Source: Fimicolochytrium jonesii
Taxonomy: Eukaryota
Assembly: GCF_025526975.1 (NCBI RefSeq)
Contig: NW_026515688.1
Location: 496,001 to 559,607, forward strand
Direction of reading: 5' to 3'
DNA: 63,607 nt
Shown: one piece after another, positions 1 through 10,856 of the stretch
Layout of the letters: the number at the start of each line of letters is the position of its first letter
Position numbering within the stretch: the first letter of the stretch is position 1
Notes under the pieces: generated by a model
Told to the model about the DNA's origin: nothing
The model's database searches: none
The model's input: only the letters and a program-made list of their open reading frames with translations
Position numbers and translations under genes: made by a program

Positions 1-541
1 GTGGGGGTTAACGTACTCTTCCCTAATGTCAGGATTGGTGAACTCCAAGATCTCCTCGAGATATGAGTCCTGCATGTGCCTGGGACGATTTGGGCGGGAA
101 ACGCTGGCAGTGACGCCGTCGGTGCGGCCGGTGGTCTCGATAGCTTGCTGCTGCTTTTCGGCAAGGAAGCGATTGAACCACATCCTGTGCGTGGCGCTCG
201 TGCGGCCCTTCACATACGGCAAGACCGCCCTGAACGTTGCAACATGAGACACGTCCTCTAAAGCATCGCTCCCTCCTGCCAAGGTCTCACCATTTCTTTC
301 GAGCCTCAGCTTCCTTCTCAACGGCAGCCTGCCATTCCTTCAGTTTCCCCCGGCTGTCTTCTACTAGCACCTTCGAAGAGGAGGCACGGAAGCCCCGCGT
401 TTCCTGGCGGCAAGGCTGTAGCGACTCTCTTTCACGACCGCTCGGCGTTGACCGCAGCGCTGTCCTGCTGGCAGCGAAACTCCGACACGGAAGGCATGTC
501 CATGGCGCCTTCGCAGGAATGCGTAGACCTTTCGACGCCAT
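1..541 (-). CDS. Mitochondrial acyl-CoA thioesterase (ACOT9-like, hotdog fold), 5' part; runs off the window start
   Basis: ATG at 541 begins an R/S-rich presequence-like MASKGLRIPAK.... After a short intron the frame reads ...RHMQDSYLEEILEFTNPDIREEYVNPH, like the ACOT9 'DSY..LREEY+N' segment. Confidence 0.6.
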
Positions 542-1259
542 TGTTCTTTGCTGGTATATGTAAGTATATTGCTGATATGTATATATGTACGTATATACGT
601 CAATATTCAATCGTTCCCGTTCCCTGAGCAAGCAACTTTTGAGGGGTTCCCACTATTTGTATGGGTGACTTCAAAGTTCAAGTTATGTGAGAAAGGTCGG
701 CAGCGGAACGCCGGACTCCGATTATCAGATGCAAATCCACGAAAACACGCGGCGCCGGGATGACGACCACATAGATACGCGTTCCGCACCGTTCACACTT
801 CATTCGACTTTCCATCGATCAGCAACTAGTTAGGAACAACTTCCATTTGCAAAACGGCGGTGTATGTACAAAATTCACCAAGACTCGAGAACAACGATAT
901 TACAGGAACTAGACGGATGGAGTACAAAATCGGGAGACCGGAGATTGGGAGTTTGGAGAGGAGGCGACGCTTGATGGGCATATGCCGCGTAGGATGAAGT
1001 GAGAAGGAACGGATTGGCGAGGGAGTTTCAAAATGTTTCTTCACGGTGGCGGGACTTGGCGAAAAGAGCCCCGCAGGACTTGTACAGGGTTGGAACGCGG
1101 CGAACGAATCCTCTGGCGAAGAACACAAGGCATGTACAAGAAAGAAATCGTAGCGACAAAGGTGTTTTCGTGCTCCCACCGGTGGACCGGCTGGCGAAAA
1201 AAGACGGAAGGGTCCCCGGTTTGCAGCCCGCTGCTGCATCCAGATAGGAAACGCTTGCC

Positions 1260-3444
1260 TCAACGACATTCCAAAAAGCCAGTCGAGGACGGTTCTTCCA
1301 TGGTCTTGGGCACCGGGACGACGCACGTAACGGGAACGGAATGCTCGCTCCACCATAGTGTTCGGTACCGTATTTTCCCGCGAATGGTCAGTGTGTAGGG
1401 GAATTCCATATATATCCTGGCGATACAATGAGTATCAGATTCAATGCGTTATATCTCGATTAGGATGGAATGAGCCGTCTCGGACTTACATTTTCCCCAT
1501 AGTATTCTCCGGCTCGCGAATGGATATATGTCCAACCGGTGTAGTCGGGGTGGACGGGGTGAACGCTGGAAAGCTGATAGTGGTTGTCAAATGGTGGACG
1601 TGCGAAAGGAGCTCTTTTGGAGGCGATTTAGTGGGATCCGGAGGCGGTGCGGGCGAGTCTTCTTGGGATGGTACAGTATCCGCGAGTCCTACGCCTTCCA
1701 CACCAAGAATATCTGGCAATATGCAAGTAAGATCAGAATGCATGATCCCTCGCTTCCACCGATCAGGTAATCCATCAACCTACCACTTCCCACAAACACA
1801 TCCATGTCCACGTTTCGAAGGTAAACAGGAAGGATATTTGCGTTGGCAGCGCCCAACACAATGTCGAACTCGTAGATACTGTATTCGGCATGAATATTGC
1901 CGACACCAACGATAGACACTTGTGACAACGGCTGGATGCAAACCACAAACAGCGTAAAGGATCCCAGCAGGATTATGGCGATGGTCAGGAGGAGGAAGAG
2001 GGCGGAGCGGGCTTGTGTTCTGGACGGGAAGTTCAAAAAGTTACGCTTTGACCAGATCCTTGCATTGACTTTCGCGGGAAGGCTGACTTACCGTGCGCAA
2101 TCAGCCTCTGAGCCTCCACGCTCGTCGGTGAGCGGTCTCCGTCGATATCTGTTCGTCCGAAGGAGATACGTGCGTTCGTCGTCATAACCGGACCGCGTCG
2201 ACTGCTCATTCATGAACGGAGAATCTTCTCCTTCATTCGATCTCGTGGGTGTAAACGGCGAGCCCTCCCCATCCGTGAAGGTATCATCCAGATAGCCTCT
2301 GGAGGACGACGCGTACCCTGTGTATCCGTACTGCGATGGCGGGCCAAGTGGGAGAAACGGGGCCATAGGTGAAGACTGCCGTTTGCTGTGAATTGTTCGA
2401 AAATCGCCACTCTTTTTCAAACGTGGCCCTGTCGACCGACCTCCATCGGCCAAGCCCGGGGAGCTTCGCGCATGTGCAAGCTGGGCAGAGTAGTCGGACA
2501 TCGAGAAATCGGACCGCGCAACGGTCGAAGCAGCAACCGGTACCACTGAGGTTGGGGCATCCGTCGGGGCTGGGAGCAGGTGATGTGAAAAGGATCTGAG
2601 AGTGCGGCAGTGGGTTGGATCAGGAGAGCCGCTCCACACGAAATCCTCAGTATCTTCTTCGCTTTTGTTCGCTTTAGAGGTCTTCAGAGGAAGCGTCGCA
2701 GATTTGAAAAGCGGTGGCCGTGAGACAGTGTTCAGATCGGTATCCGTCTCCACGACCAACTGACGATCCCTCTCCCTGTCTCGCTGTTCTGCGTCGGTGA
2801 GGACACCCATCAGCGACCTTAGCGAGTCCCGGCTTTGCATCTTAGCTGGTCGCCGAGACCTATCGGGAGGTGGAGGAAGCGGTAGATTTGTATAAGCCAC
2901 CCTTTGCGCTGACAGTCCTGGTAAAGCACCCTCAGACTGCGGCCTACTTGGCAGCGGGGTCGTCAGCGTAGGAGCGTGCTGAGCGTAGCCAGGAAGTTGG
3001 TACGGTCCTATCATCGAATGATGATTAGGGGCGACATGCCGAGCAGGGAGAGAGGTCCGTGCGTTATTGCCATTCGTGTTCGTTTTCAAAGCTGAGAACG
3101 ATGGGACCTTCCGGAGCATCAATCCACTGGAAGCAGGGCGGTCATTCGTTCCACTCCACTTGTCTTCTGAGCAGGAAGTGCTCATGAGCATTCCTAACGT
3201 ATTTCCAATTGAGGGCTTGAAGGAGCTACTCACCACCAGTTTGATCCGATTCCCAGCTTTGACGTCTGGCGAGACGCAGCTCGTGCATGGAGTTCCTTCT
3301 ACCCTCCTTATCTCGCGGGGGAATTGCCATGTTTAACGTGTCATTCTCAGTTGGCGAGCCTTGGCCTCGCCCACCTCGTGCCGAACCATCCACTTGCCCT
3401 AACGCAGAGGACGAGGTGGATGAAGATGACGTCGCCAGCACCAT
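1260..3444 (-). CDS. Vac7-like vacuolar membrane protein (multi-exon)
   Basis: Long S/P-rich N-terminus (ORF 2088..3236), one TM helix (ALFLLLTIAIILLGSFTLFVV), then YEFDIVLGAANANILPVYLRNVDMDVF. The last exon reads FPYTLTIRGKIRY and stops at 1260. This matches the Vac7 C-terminal domain layout. Start is uncertain (3444 or 3330). Confidence 0.55.
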
Positions 3445-4186
3445 GCTCACACTCGTCAGCGGGAAACCGCCCAAATTCCGTTCAACTGTCAACCGTCAGA
3501 CATGCGTTTCTTCAAACGCAAACTCACGGTCCAACAGCCCAGCTATGAAAGTGACAGCCCGCCTTCCTCCCTACCGCTGTGGTATACTCTTCGTCGTCGA
3601 ACGGAATGCTGCAAACGATGTAGAACGTTTGCAGGTGTCAGTCACTCTCTACGCACAGTCGTTGCCGAATCACTTGGTGAATGGGACACCCTGGAGTGGA
3701 AGCAAACGTGGCGGGCCCGCTTCTCATTTGTCGCAGTATGAACACTCAGACGATCACCAACTTCCGACGATACAACCCGGTTGCTTTATCCCGTCCTGTA
3801 AGCCGGCGGATGAACCCGTTGAATGTGCGCCGTGGGGGCAGGAAGATATCGATAGGTCCCACCCACTGGCACCCAGGCTCTCGCAGGGGAACGCGTTCAA
3901 AGTCGACACAGACTGTCAGCAGGGGATCGGCGCTCGAGATTCATCAACAACCGTCAGTGTAACGATGTGTCATCCACAAGGCACAGAATAAACTACTGTT
4001 GAAGGGACATTGATTTATGTAAGGAGGACAAGATCTCATTGGAATCCACTGCGATGAAAGTGTCTAGATACACATTTAATGTCGATCAGACTTATTAAAG
4101 CCTGCGCAACGCTCACGTGATGAAACCCACGTGATGGAACGCTCTCTCGGACGCTCTCTAGGACCCTCTGAACTTCTTGATTCAAT

Positions 4187-4303
4187 TTAGGGTTAGGGTT
4201 AGGGTTAGAGTCCTGGTTCAATTGAGAATACAATGTTTACAAAGTAGGGTTAGGGTTAGGGTTAGGGTTAGGGTTAGGGTTAGGATTAGGGTTAGGGTTA
4301 GGG
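4187..4303 (+). repeat. Interstitial telomeric (TTAGGG)n tracts
   Basis: Three TTAGGG plus TTAGAG (4187-4210), then TAGGG, 5x TTAGGG, TTAGGA and 3x TTAGGG (4245-4303). Each tract is followed by a TTCAATT(G/T)AGAATACA..GTTTACA motif (4217-4241 and 4310-4334). Confidence 0.95.
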
Positions 4304-4594
4304 TCTCTATTCAATTTAGAATACAGCGTTTACAGCATCACAAATCTGCCACATAGTAAGAATCTTGCGGCGGCAAGCTATCGTTTCAGAATAGCTTCAT
4401 TAATCGTTTCATACAAATCAATGTGGCTCATCCGTGGGTGACTCAGCGGTGCCGTATTAAATATGGTGGCCGCAATAGCGCGGGATATGTCGCGCTATTG
4501 CCCAGCCGCCCTTTCCCCCCTACACCCTCTTCGCGCTAACCGCCTTTGCCGTCGGATCCCTCTCCCTCTTCTTTCCTCGACGGACGGCGAGCTC

Positions 4595-7500
4595 TCAACC
4601 ATCACCGCCGACCGCTTTGACCGACGGCTCCCTGCTGCCAGCGCTCCCTGCCACGGCTTCTGCGGTTTTCGACTCTGCCGCGCGGGTGGCTGCACTTGTG
4701 GCCGCCGGTGGTTTCCGTCCACCGGCCACCCAGCTGGCCACATCGCACAGAGGGGCCGCCCAGCCTTCCGTGCCCTGTCAGCAGGGCGGCGGGGGGGGGG
4801 GGGGGTGGGGGTTAGCATTTGCCATCCATCAGCAACAGGCGCGCGCGGTCTTACCCCTTGATCCTTGCCCACGGCCGTAATGTTCGAGGCTTTCCCGTGC
4901 AGAATGGTCCACATGATAGTCCAGCGCGCAACGTGGACCTGACTGGTGGAATACGTGGCCGGGAGCACAAGCGCCCCCTTCGCATTGCGCTCCCCCACCG
5001 TGCCGTGAATGATCCAGCTGGCCATGCAGCACGAGAGAACCCCGCAGGAGTCCATGTCCTGCTGGCGGGGGTGCGACACATAGATGGGGGGGACGTGGGC
5101 CCACCTGCGGGCATAAACCCACAGTGGATCATGTACCGCACCCTGTCCACGATGCGCCAGCGAATGTCCTCGGTCCATACGGCCGCGTTCATTTTCCCCG
5201 ATCGCTTGCCGAACATGGAGTCGTAAAAGTAATGCCGGCCATCCGTCCGGTCATACCAGTACGAGGCGAAATGGTTGCGGTTTCTGTGGAGGATGAAGTG
5301 GGCAACGTCGTGTTCTGCTGGCGACTGTGGAGGGGGGTTGTTAGCGCGGGATGTGCGGCAGTGCCTCGAGAATGTACAGCACTTACCGGGTGAATGTATG
5401 CGGGAGCCAAACACCCCTCACCGATCAGCAGCGCCTCGCCGGCCGTCCACATGCGTTGTAGGGGTTGCCCTGTCTCCCTCCGGGTCACGGCCGCCGACTT
5501 TGCCAGGGTGTCGACGTACGTGTATATCATGGTCAGCGACAGCCAATTGCTTGCGCTCTTCGGCCTGCCGCCCATGTTCCCCACTAGGCCGGCCTTGTCG
5601 GGCGCGCCCATCCACCCCCTCCCCGCCTCCTTCAGGTTTGGGTAGAGGCCAAGCACGGTCGGCGGCAGAGTGAAGGGGCCGACGTCGCCATACTGGGCCA
5701 GGCGTGCGCACTCGTCCATCACAGCCTGTGGCGGCATCCAGAAGCCGGGCATCTCGCCGTGGCCGGTGGCGCGCGCATAGGGCACCACTGAGGCAGGCTT
5801 CGGCGGGCCCTCCCCCCTCTCCACCTCCGCTCATGACTTTGAGACACCCTTTGCATTGAATCCGATGCTTGTCAGCGGCGCCACCTGCCAGTGCTTGCGC
5901 GCCTCAGTGTTATTGAGCAAGTACTCCTCCCCTTTGGCCAGTTTCGGTGCGGCCAGCTTGGGTTTGGGTGCCCGTTGTTTTGCCTCTTGTCTCCCCTGCG
6001 CAGATACCCCGCGTTAGCGCAGCACCGCGGCAACGTCCACTCACCCAACTCATACCGGCTTTGCCGCTTCCTGCATGCGCGTGTAAGTGTCGTCTGCGAC
6101 GCCCCTGTAGCCTTCCCATATGCGGTCCGCCGCCTTCCCCAAAGTTGCCACGTTTTGCCTGATGGCCTTCTTGCACCCTTTCCCGCCATTGGCCTCTGAG
6201 CGCGCGAGCTTTCTGAATAGGTGCATGGTTTCGTCGAGCAGCTTTGAGGCCTCGGGGCCGCCTGTGGCTTCGTACCTCCCCTTGAACCCTCCGTGATAGT
6301 CCGCCATTTGGCGGGCCTGGGTCAGGCGAAGAGATAGCGTGGCCATATCCTCCGCCCAATTCCTATCCCTGTCCGATCCCTCCTCGTCTGACCCCTCCTC
6401 CTCCGATCCCTCCTCCTCCGCGGCTGCAGTGGGCTTGCCCCTCTTCTCGGGGGGCGCTTGCTCCGGCTCCCCCTCCTCTGCGCGCTTGCGCTTCCCAGCC
6501 TCAGCCTCCCCCGGCGCCTTCTCCGCCGCCTTCTCCGCCGTCTTCTCTGCCACCTCCTCCCCCACCCCCTCCGCCGCCTCCATGGCCACCTTCCCCGATG
6601 CCCCCTCGCCGACCCCGCTGACTGGGGAGCCAGAAAGCGCCTCGACCTGAGCAGCCGTGGGCCCTGCCCCTCCCAGCCGTTCTTGGTCACGCCGGCCACA
6701 GATGCCAGCGGGTCCGCGGGCCTTTCTTCCGCGAAAAGGTCGTCGATGCTCACGTCCTCGCGCCGACGTGCTGAATGCAGTCCCAGTACAGCGAGAAGCT
6801 TGCCACTTCCTCCTTGCTTGCCGTCTTGCCAAAGGTGCGGCCATACAGCGAGTACGGTGGCCAGCCCTTGACAAGGAGGGGGTTTGTCAGCGCGCGGATC
6901 TCCGGCCAAGGCGTGCGCCTGATGTCCCTGCCGGATGCCTTGTTGTACTTGTCCCAAAGTGCATCGCGGAGGCCCTCTCTGTTTTTCCAGATGGGCACGA
7001 TGGGCGCCAGGGGTTTCCCTGCACGGGGTGGGCGGAGCCTGAGACAGCTTGGTTACGAGCGCTAGCGCGGCGGGTGACGTTAACGCGGGTCACGCACCTT
7101 CTTTTTCATCCCCGTCTTTTTTAGCCCCGTGTTTTCTCTTCCCCCCGTTTTTCTCCCCCTCAACAAACAGGGAGCCTACGTAGGTGTCCAGAGCACGCCG
7201 GGCTGCGCGGGCGGTGTCGACGGGCTGCCCCATCAGGTCCCCCGCCACGATCCGCACTGTGTCGTCGCTGTCTGTGACCAGGTAGCTGCGGCCTGCGCTC
7301 CGAGAGGATGCAACGATGAGTCGGAGGGGCTCGCCAGCCAGCTTGCAGATCTCGACCAAGCTCTCGGCGGCTGTGATGAGCGCCCCCTCGGCGACGACAA
7401 CGTCCGCGATGGTCGCCGATATGCTCCCCACGTTGTCGCGGAGCGCCCTCCTGTCGTCGGGGTCCAGCTGGTCGACCAACGCCAGCGCGAGGCTACGTTG

Positions 7501-8007
7501 TGCGCTGTGGCCAAGCAAGTTGGCGGTCGCGGGCCTAGCCTCCGCACCGGCAGCCTCCCTCATCCGCCCCATGTCAACGTTGGCTGTTTTCCAAGCTTCC
7601 GCCATGCTCAATGACTTGGACCAATCAGCGGGGTCTCCCGCCCGTAGAAGCTGCAGCATTCGGTTGACCATTCTTGTCTTCTCTTGCTGAAGGATCCGCT
7701 TGGCGGACTTTCCACTGCGCTTCTTGGGCGCGGCGCTCGCCTCCTCCTCCCCAGCCTCCTCCTCAGCGCGCCCCTCCTCCTCAGCGCGCCCCTCCTCCTC
7801 AGCGCGCCCATCCTCCTCCGCGTCGCCCTCCTCCTCCCCGTCGCCCTCCTCCCCCCCTTCCTGCTCGTGCTCGCTCCCCTCGTCGCCGAAGGCAAGTAGC
7901 ACGCTGGTGGCCATGTCCGCCAGCGCCTCCTCGCTCGCGACGTCAGAGTCGGAGCCATCAGCGGCCTTGTCAGCGGCCTCCGCCACCTTTGACCGGCGGG
8001 CCGGCAT
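4595..8007 (-). pseudogene. Long multi-exon gene with C-terminal Ulp1/C48 (SUMO-protease-like) cysteine peptidase domain, disrupted
   Basis: Frame-consistent introns at 7019-7097, 5996-6055, 5325-5386 and 4775-4854. Motifs in order: WLSLTMIYTY (cf. WLNDEIINFY), NHFASYWY..YFYDSM (His, Asp) and PRQQDMDSCGV (Gln, Cys). Disruptions: in-frame TGA at 5831-5833, a 1-nt shift at the G7 run 5086-5092, and further shifts around 6.6-6.8 kb. Confidence 0.7.
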
Positions 8008-8274
8008 CTAGAAAAAGCAGTGGATATGCATGTGTCGTTAGCGCCCGTGCGCGGCAGTGCCATATATATGCCCGCTGCACACGCCACCCCCGTGTGCGCG
8101 GCGGTGCCCGCGGTAGCGCCTCCCCGCCCGCGCTATCGCATCCTTATGGCGAGTCTGTGGTGAGGCTATATATATATGCCAGCTGCACACCCCCATACCT
8201 CGCCGGCCGCTTCCATGTTTGACCGGCTAGGGCCGGGCGCCTTTGCCGCCGCTTGGCTGCGAGTCCCCATCTTT

Positions 8275-8338
8275 GTGTGGGTGTGTGGGTGTGCGTGTGT
8301 GTGTGAGTGTGTGTGGGTGTGTGTGTGGGGGTGGGTGT
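8275..8338 (+). repeat. Imperfect (GT)n/GTGGGT microsatellite in the divergent intergenic region
   Basis: gtgtgggtgtgtgggtgtgcgtgtgtgtgtgagtgtgtgtggg... read directly. Confidence 0.85.
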
Positions 8339-8663
8339 ATCTCCGTCTTCCAAGAGCCGGCCGCACTTAGCTGCTTACCCAATCCGCTGGAGGTGGCGCA
8401 GTCGCGGCGCAGCTGTGGCTTGCCGGTCACATGTCCACACTGCTGCTGTGATGATCGCCGCATCTCCAAGACCACACTGCCACACGAAACATCAAGCGCT
8501 TGCAGCGGACAACAGCCCCCCGGCCAGCGCCTACCTCCTTCCAGCTCAAGCCCGGCAACTCACACAGAGCACGCTCCGAAAATGCTCAGCGCTGACAAGG
8601 TGAGTGGCCGCTGTGTAGCCGTGGGCGTCTCTGCCGGGTGTTGACCGCCTGGGCTCGCAGCCC

Positions 8664-10348
8664 ATGCTGAGCACGACCGCCGCTTGCGGGAGGTCGAACG
8701 GCATGGGGCGCGCTGTCTGGGCGTGTTTGCCATGCGCCGATCCCGCAGCCCATGTTGAGCACGACCACCGCTTGCGGGAGGTCGACCGGCATGGGGTGCG
8801 CTGTCTGGGCATGCTGCTGTGCGCTGATCTCGAGCATGACCGCCGCTTGCGGGGGGTCGACCGGTATGGGATGCGCTGCCTGGGCATGCTGCTGTGCGCT
8901 GATCTCGAGCACGACCGCCGCTTGTTGGAGGTCAACTGGTATGGGATGCGCTGCCTGGGCATGCTGCTGTGCCGCGTCGGTGATTACGATTGCGCGGGCT
9001 GGGTCGCTAACACCTTCCCCCTCCCCTTCCCCTCCACCGCGCCGCAGGCCACGCCCCCCGTCGCACCCACCACGGTCGAGGCTCTTCTGATGGGCATGGG
9101 CGAGGGCCGCGCCACAGCTACCTTCGGCAACATGGTGGCCTTTTTGTATCCGCTGCTGGTAGACGCCGGCCTTGCCGCCTGGGACGCTAGCCTAGAAGAC
9201 AAGGGCAAGGCCATTGGCCTTTTTTCAAAGAAGATCAAGCAAGACAACCCCACCCTTTGGGGCTGGTGGATCAATAGGCCAACGCGGTCCCGTCACCACA
9301 AGAAGCGCGCCAAGCACCATATTGGGCTCCAGTCCGACATCATCGCCGCGATCACCGATGGCGGTCTTACCGCGGCCGACTTCTTGGTCGACCCCCGGCC
9401 CTCCGCCAGCCGCCCGGCTGTTCACATCGTGGTGCCAACGCCCGCCTCGTGCGATGGCTGGGAGGGCAAGATGGTCTATGCGGGGTTTGGGAAGAGGCCG
9501 GCGAAGGCGAGGGGCCTGGATGGGCTTGAGCAAATTGAACCCCGGGGGGGGGCCGACATCTACATCCGCGACAAGCACGGCGCCCTTGTGGCCACAATCT
9601 TGTACAATAGCGTGGGTCGTCGCGAACATGACCTGCGGCTGGGGCTCATTGTCGAGTCCTGTGGATCCCGGCCGGCTCTGGTTCGATGGAAGGCTTCAAG
9701 GGGCACAATGCACGCCACGGGGCTTCGTCGTGGCGTCAAGCACTCGGGATATGCCAGGGGGACGTCGCACTATTCAATGAAAGGAGGGGCTGACATTTCG
9801 GCAAAGAAGTTTCTCGTTGCCACGGAAAAGGCGTTCACCAAGCGACTGCTGCGGGAGCTCACCAAACGCAACCCCACCGCGGCGGCCTACCTGATGATGT
9901 CCATGCCAGAGGTGTACGGGCCACACTCCGATGAGTTCACCCTGCTGTTCGCCACGCGACCAACTATCAAGTGGTCGTTCACTCCGACCCGTCGGACGAC
10001 GGCGTCGCCAGCGAGCTGAACCCGCACACAGGCCGCGCCATATGGAAGCTGACCCCCAAGGAGGAGCTTCCGGAGGAGCTTCAGGCCCGCAAGCTATGCA
10101 CGCAATGGGTGGCAGGCTACGCCGTCGCTCCGCCAACCATCGTCGGCGAGTGGATATTTGCGCTGCCAGAGCAAGGCTTCTACTTGGTGCTGCAGCCCGA
10201 CTGCATATGGACGTGGATGTCTGACAAGCTCCACGGAACGGCGGAGCTTGACACGTCCGGCGTCAGTGGCCACACGGCTGTTGTGACGCTGCCCCTGGCG
10301 ACGGCTGCGGCCATCCGGAAATACGGCCTCCCAGATGAAGACGAATAG
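8664..10348 (+). pseudogene. TET/JBP-like 2OG-Fe(II) dioxygenase (fungal Tet-like family), one frameshift
   Basis: ORF 8664..10019 has GTMHATGLR (GxMxxxGxR) at ~9702 and FTLLFATR. After a shift at ~9957-9961 the frame reads NYQVVVHSDPSDD (HxD at 9980), WIFALP, and WMSDKLHGT (distal His at 10232). The true start may be ATG 9090. Confidence 0.65.
8665..8970 (+). repeat. Tandem ~75-bp repeat (4 copies)
   Basis: Units GAGCA(C/T)GACC(G/A)CCGCTTG.. start at 8669, 8757, 8832 and 8907 (periods 88, 75, 75). Confidence 0.9.
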
Positions 10349-10380
10349 CTGCGCCGCCCCCAGCAGCAGCGGCCCCTCGT

Positions 10381-10455
10381 GCGTAGATTTTGTAGACCGT
10401 GCCTGCGTAGATTTTGTAGACCTTGCCTGCCCTGCCTGCGTAGATTTTGTAGACC
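10381..10455 (+). repeat. Three copies of GCGTAGATTTTGTAGACC
   Basis: Identical 18-mers at 10381, 10405 and 10438, just after the TET-like stop codon. Confidence 0.9.
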
Positions 10456-10676
10456 TTGCCTGTGCAGAAAGGCTCCATCAATAGGCGAGTTTGGCGCGCA
10501 AGAGTCCGATGTGGCGAGGGGCTCGCTCCAGTAGCGCGGGCAAACGTGATGGACCGGACCTCGCGGTGAAGCTTTGGCGGCTGGAGGCCTGAGCTGCCCG
10601 TCCAGACCTCGCCCAGGGTATCTCCGTCCTGCGGGCGCCGCGATGACACGCACACACGTTAGCGCTGGACTCGTGA

Positions 10677-10799
10677 CGTTAGCGCGGGGTGGGTGCTAAC
10701 GCCTGTAAAGCCACGTTAGCGCGGGGTGGGTGCTAACGCCTGTGAAGCCACGTTAGCGCGGGGTGGGTGCTAACGCCTGTGAAGCCACGTTAGCGCGGG
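10677..10799 (+). repeat. 37-bp tandem repeat (3.3 copies), each unit a hairpin
   Basis: CGTTAGCGCGGGGTGGGTGCTAACGCCTGT(A/G)AAGCCA at 10677, 10714 and 10751, partial at 10788. CGTTAGC/GCTAACG is an inverted repeat within each unit. Confidence 0.95.
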
Positions 10800-10856
10800 C
10801 GTGGGTGTCGCTCACCGTGCCCCGGGGCTCCGCGTCTGCAGACTTCTACCTTCTAC

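Noticed and set aside
555..606. AT-rich TATATG-type stretch as a repeat element
   Set aside because: Short low-complexity sequence in the 5' region of the thioesterase gene; no defined unit.
3287..3991. 234-aa plus-strand ORF as a gene
   Set aside because: It overlaps the 5' exon of the VAC7-like gene and has no recognisable motif; I could not build a clean spliced model.
4187..4303. True chromosome end
   Set aside because: The tracts are short and interrupted, with genes continuing on both sides.
8665..8970. CRISPR array
   Set aside because: Whole 75-bp units are repeated with scattered substitutions; there is no repeat-spacer alternation.
10677..10799. CRISPR-like array next to a Cas12-related nuclease
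   Set aside because: The linkers between the hairpins are essentially identical and only 12 nt long, so there are no unique spacers; this is a tandem repeat.
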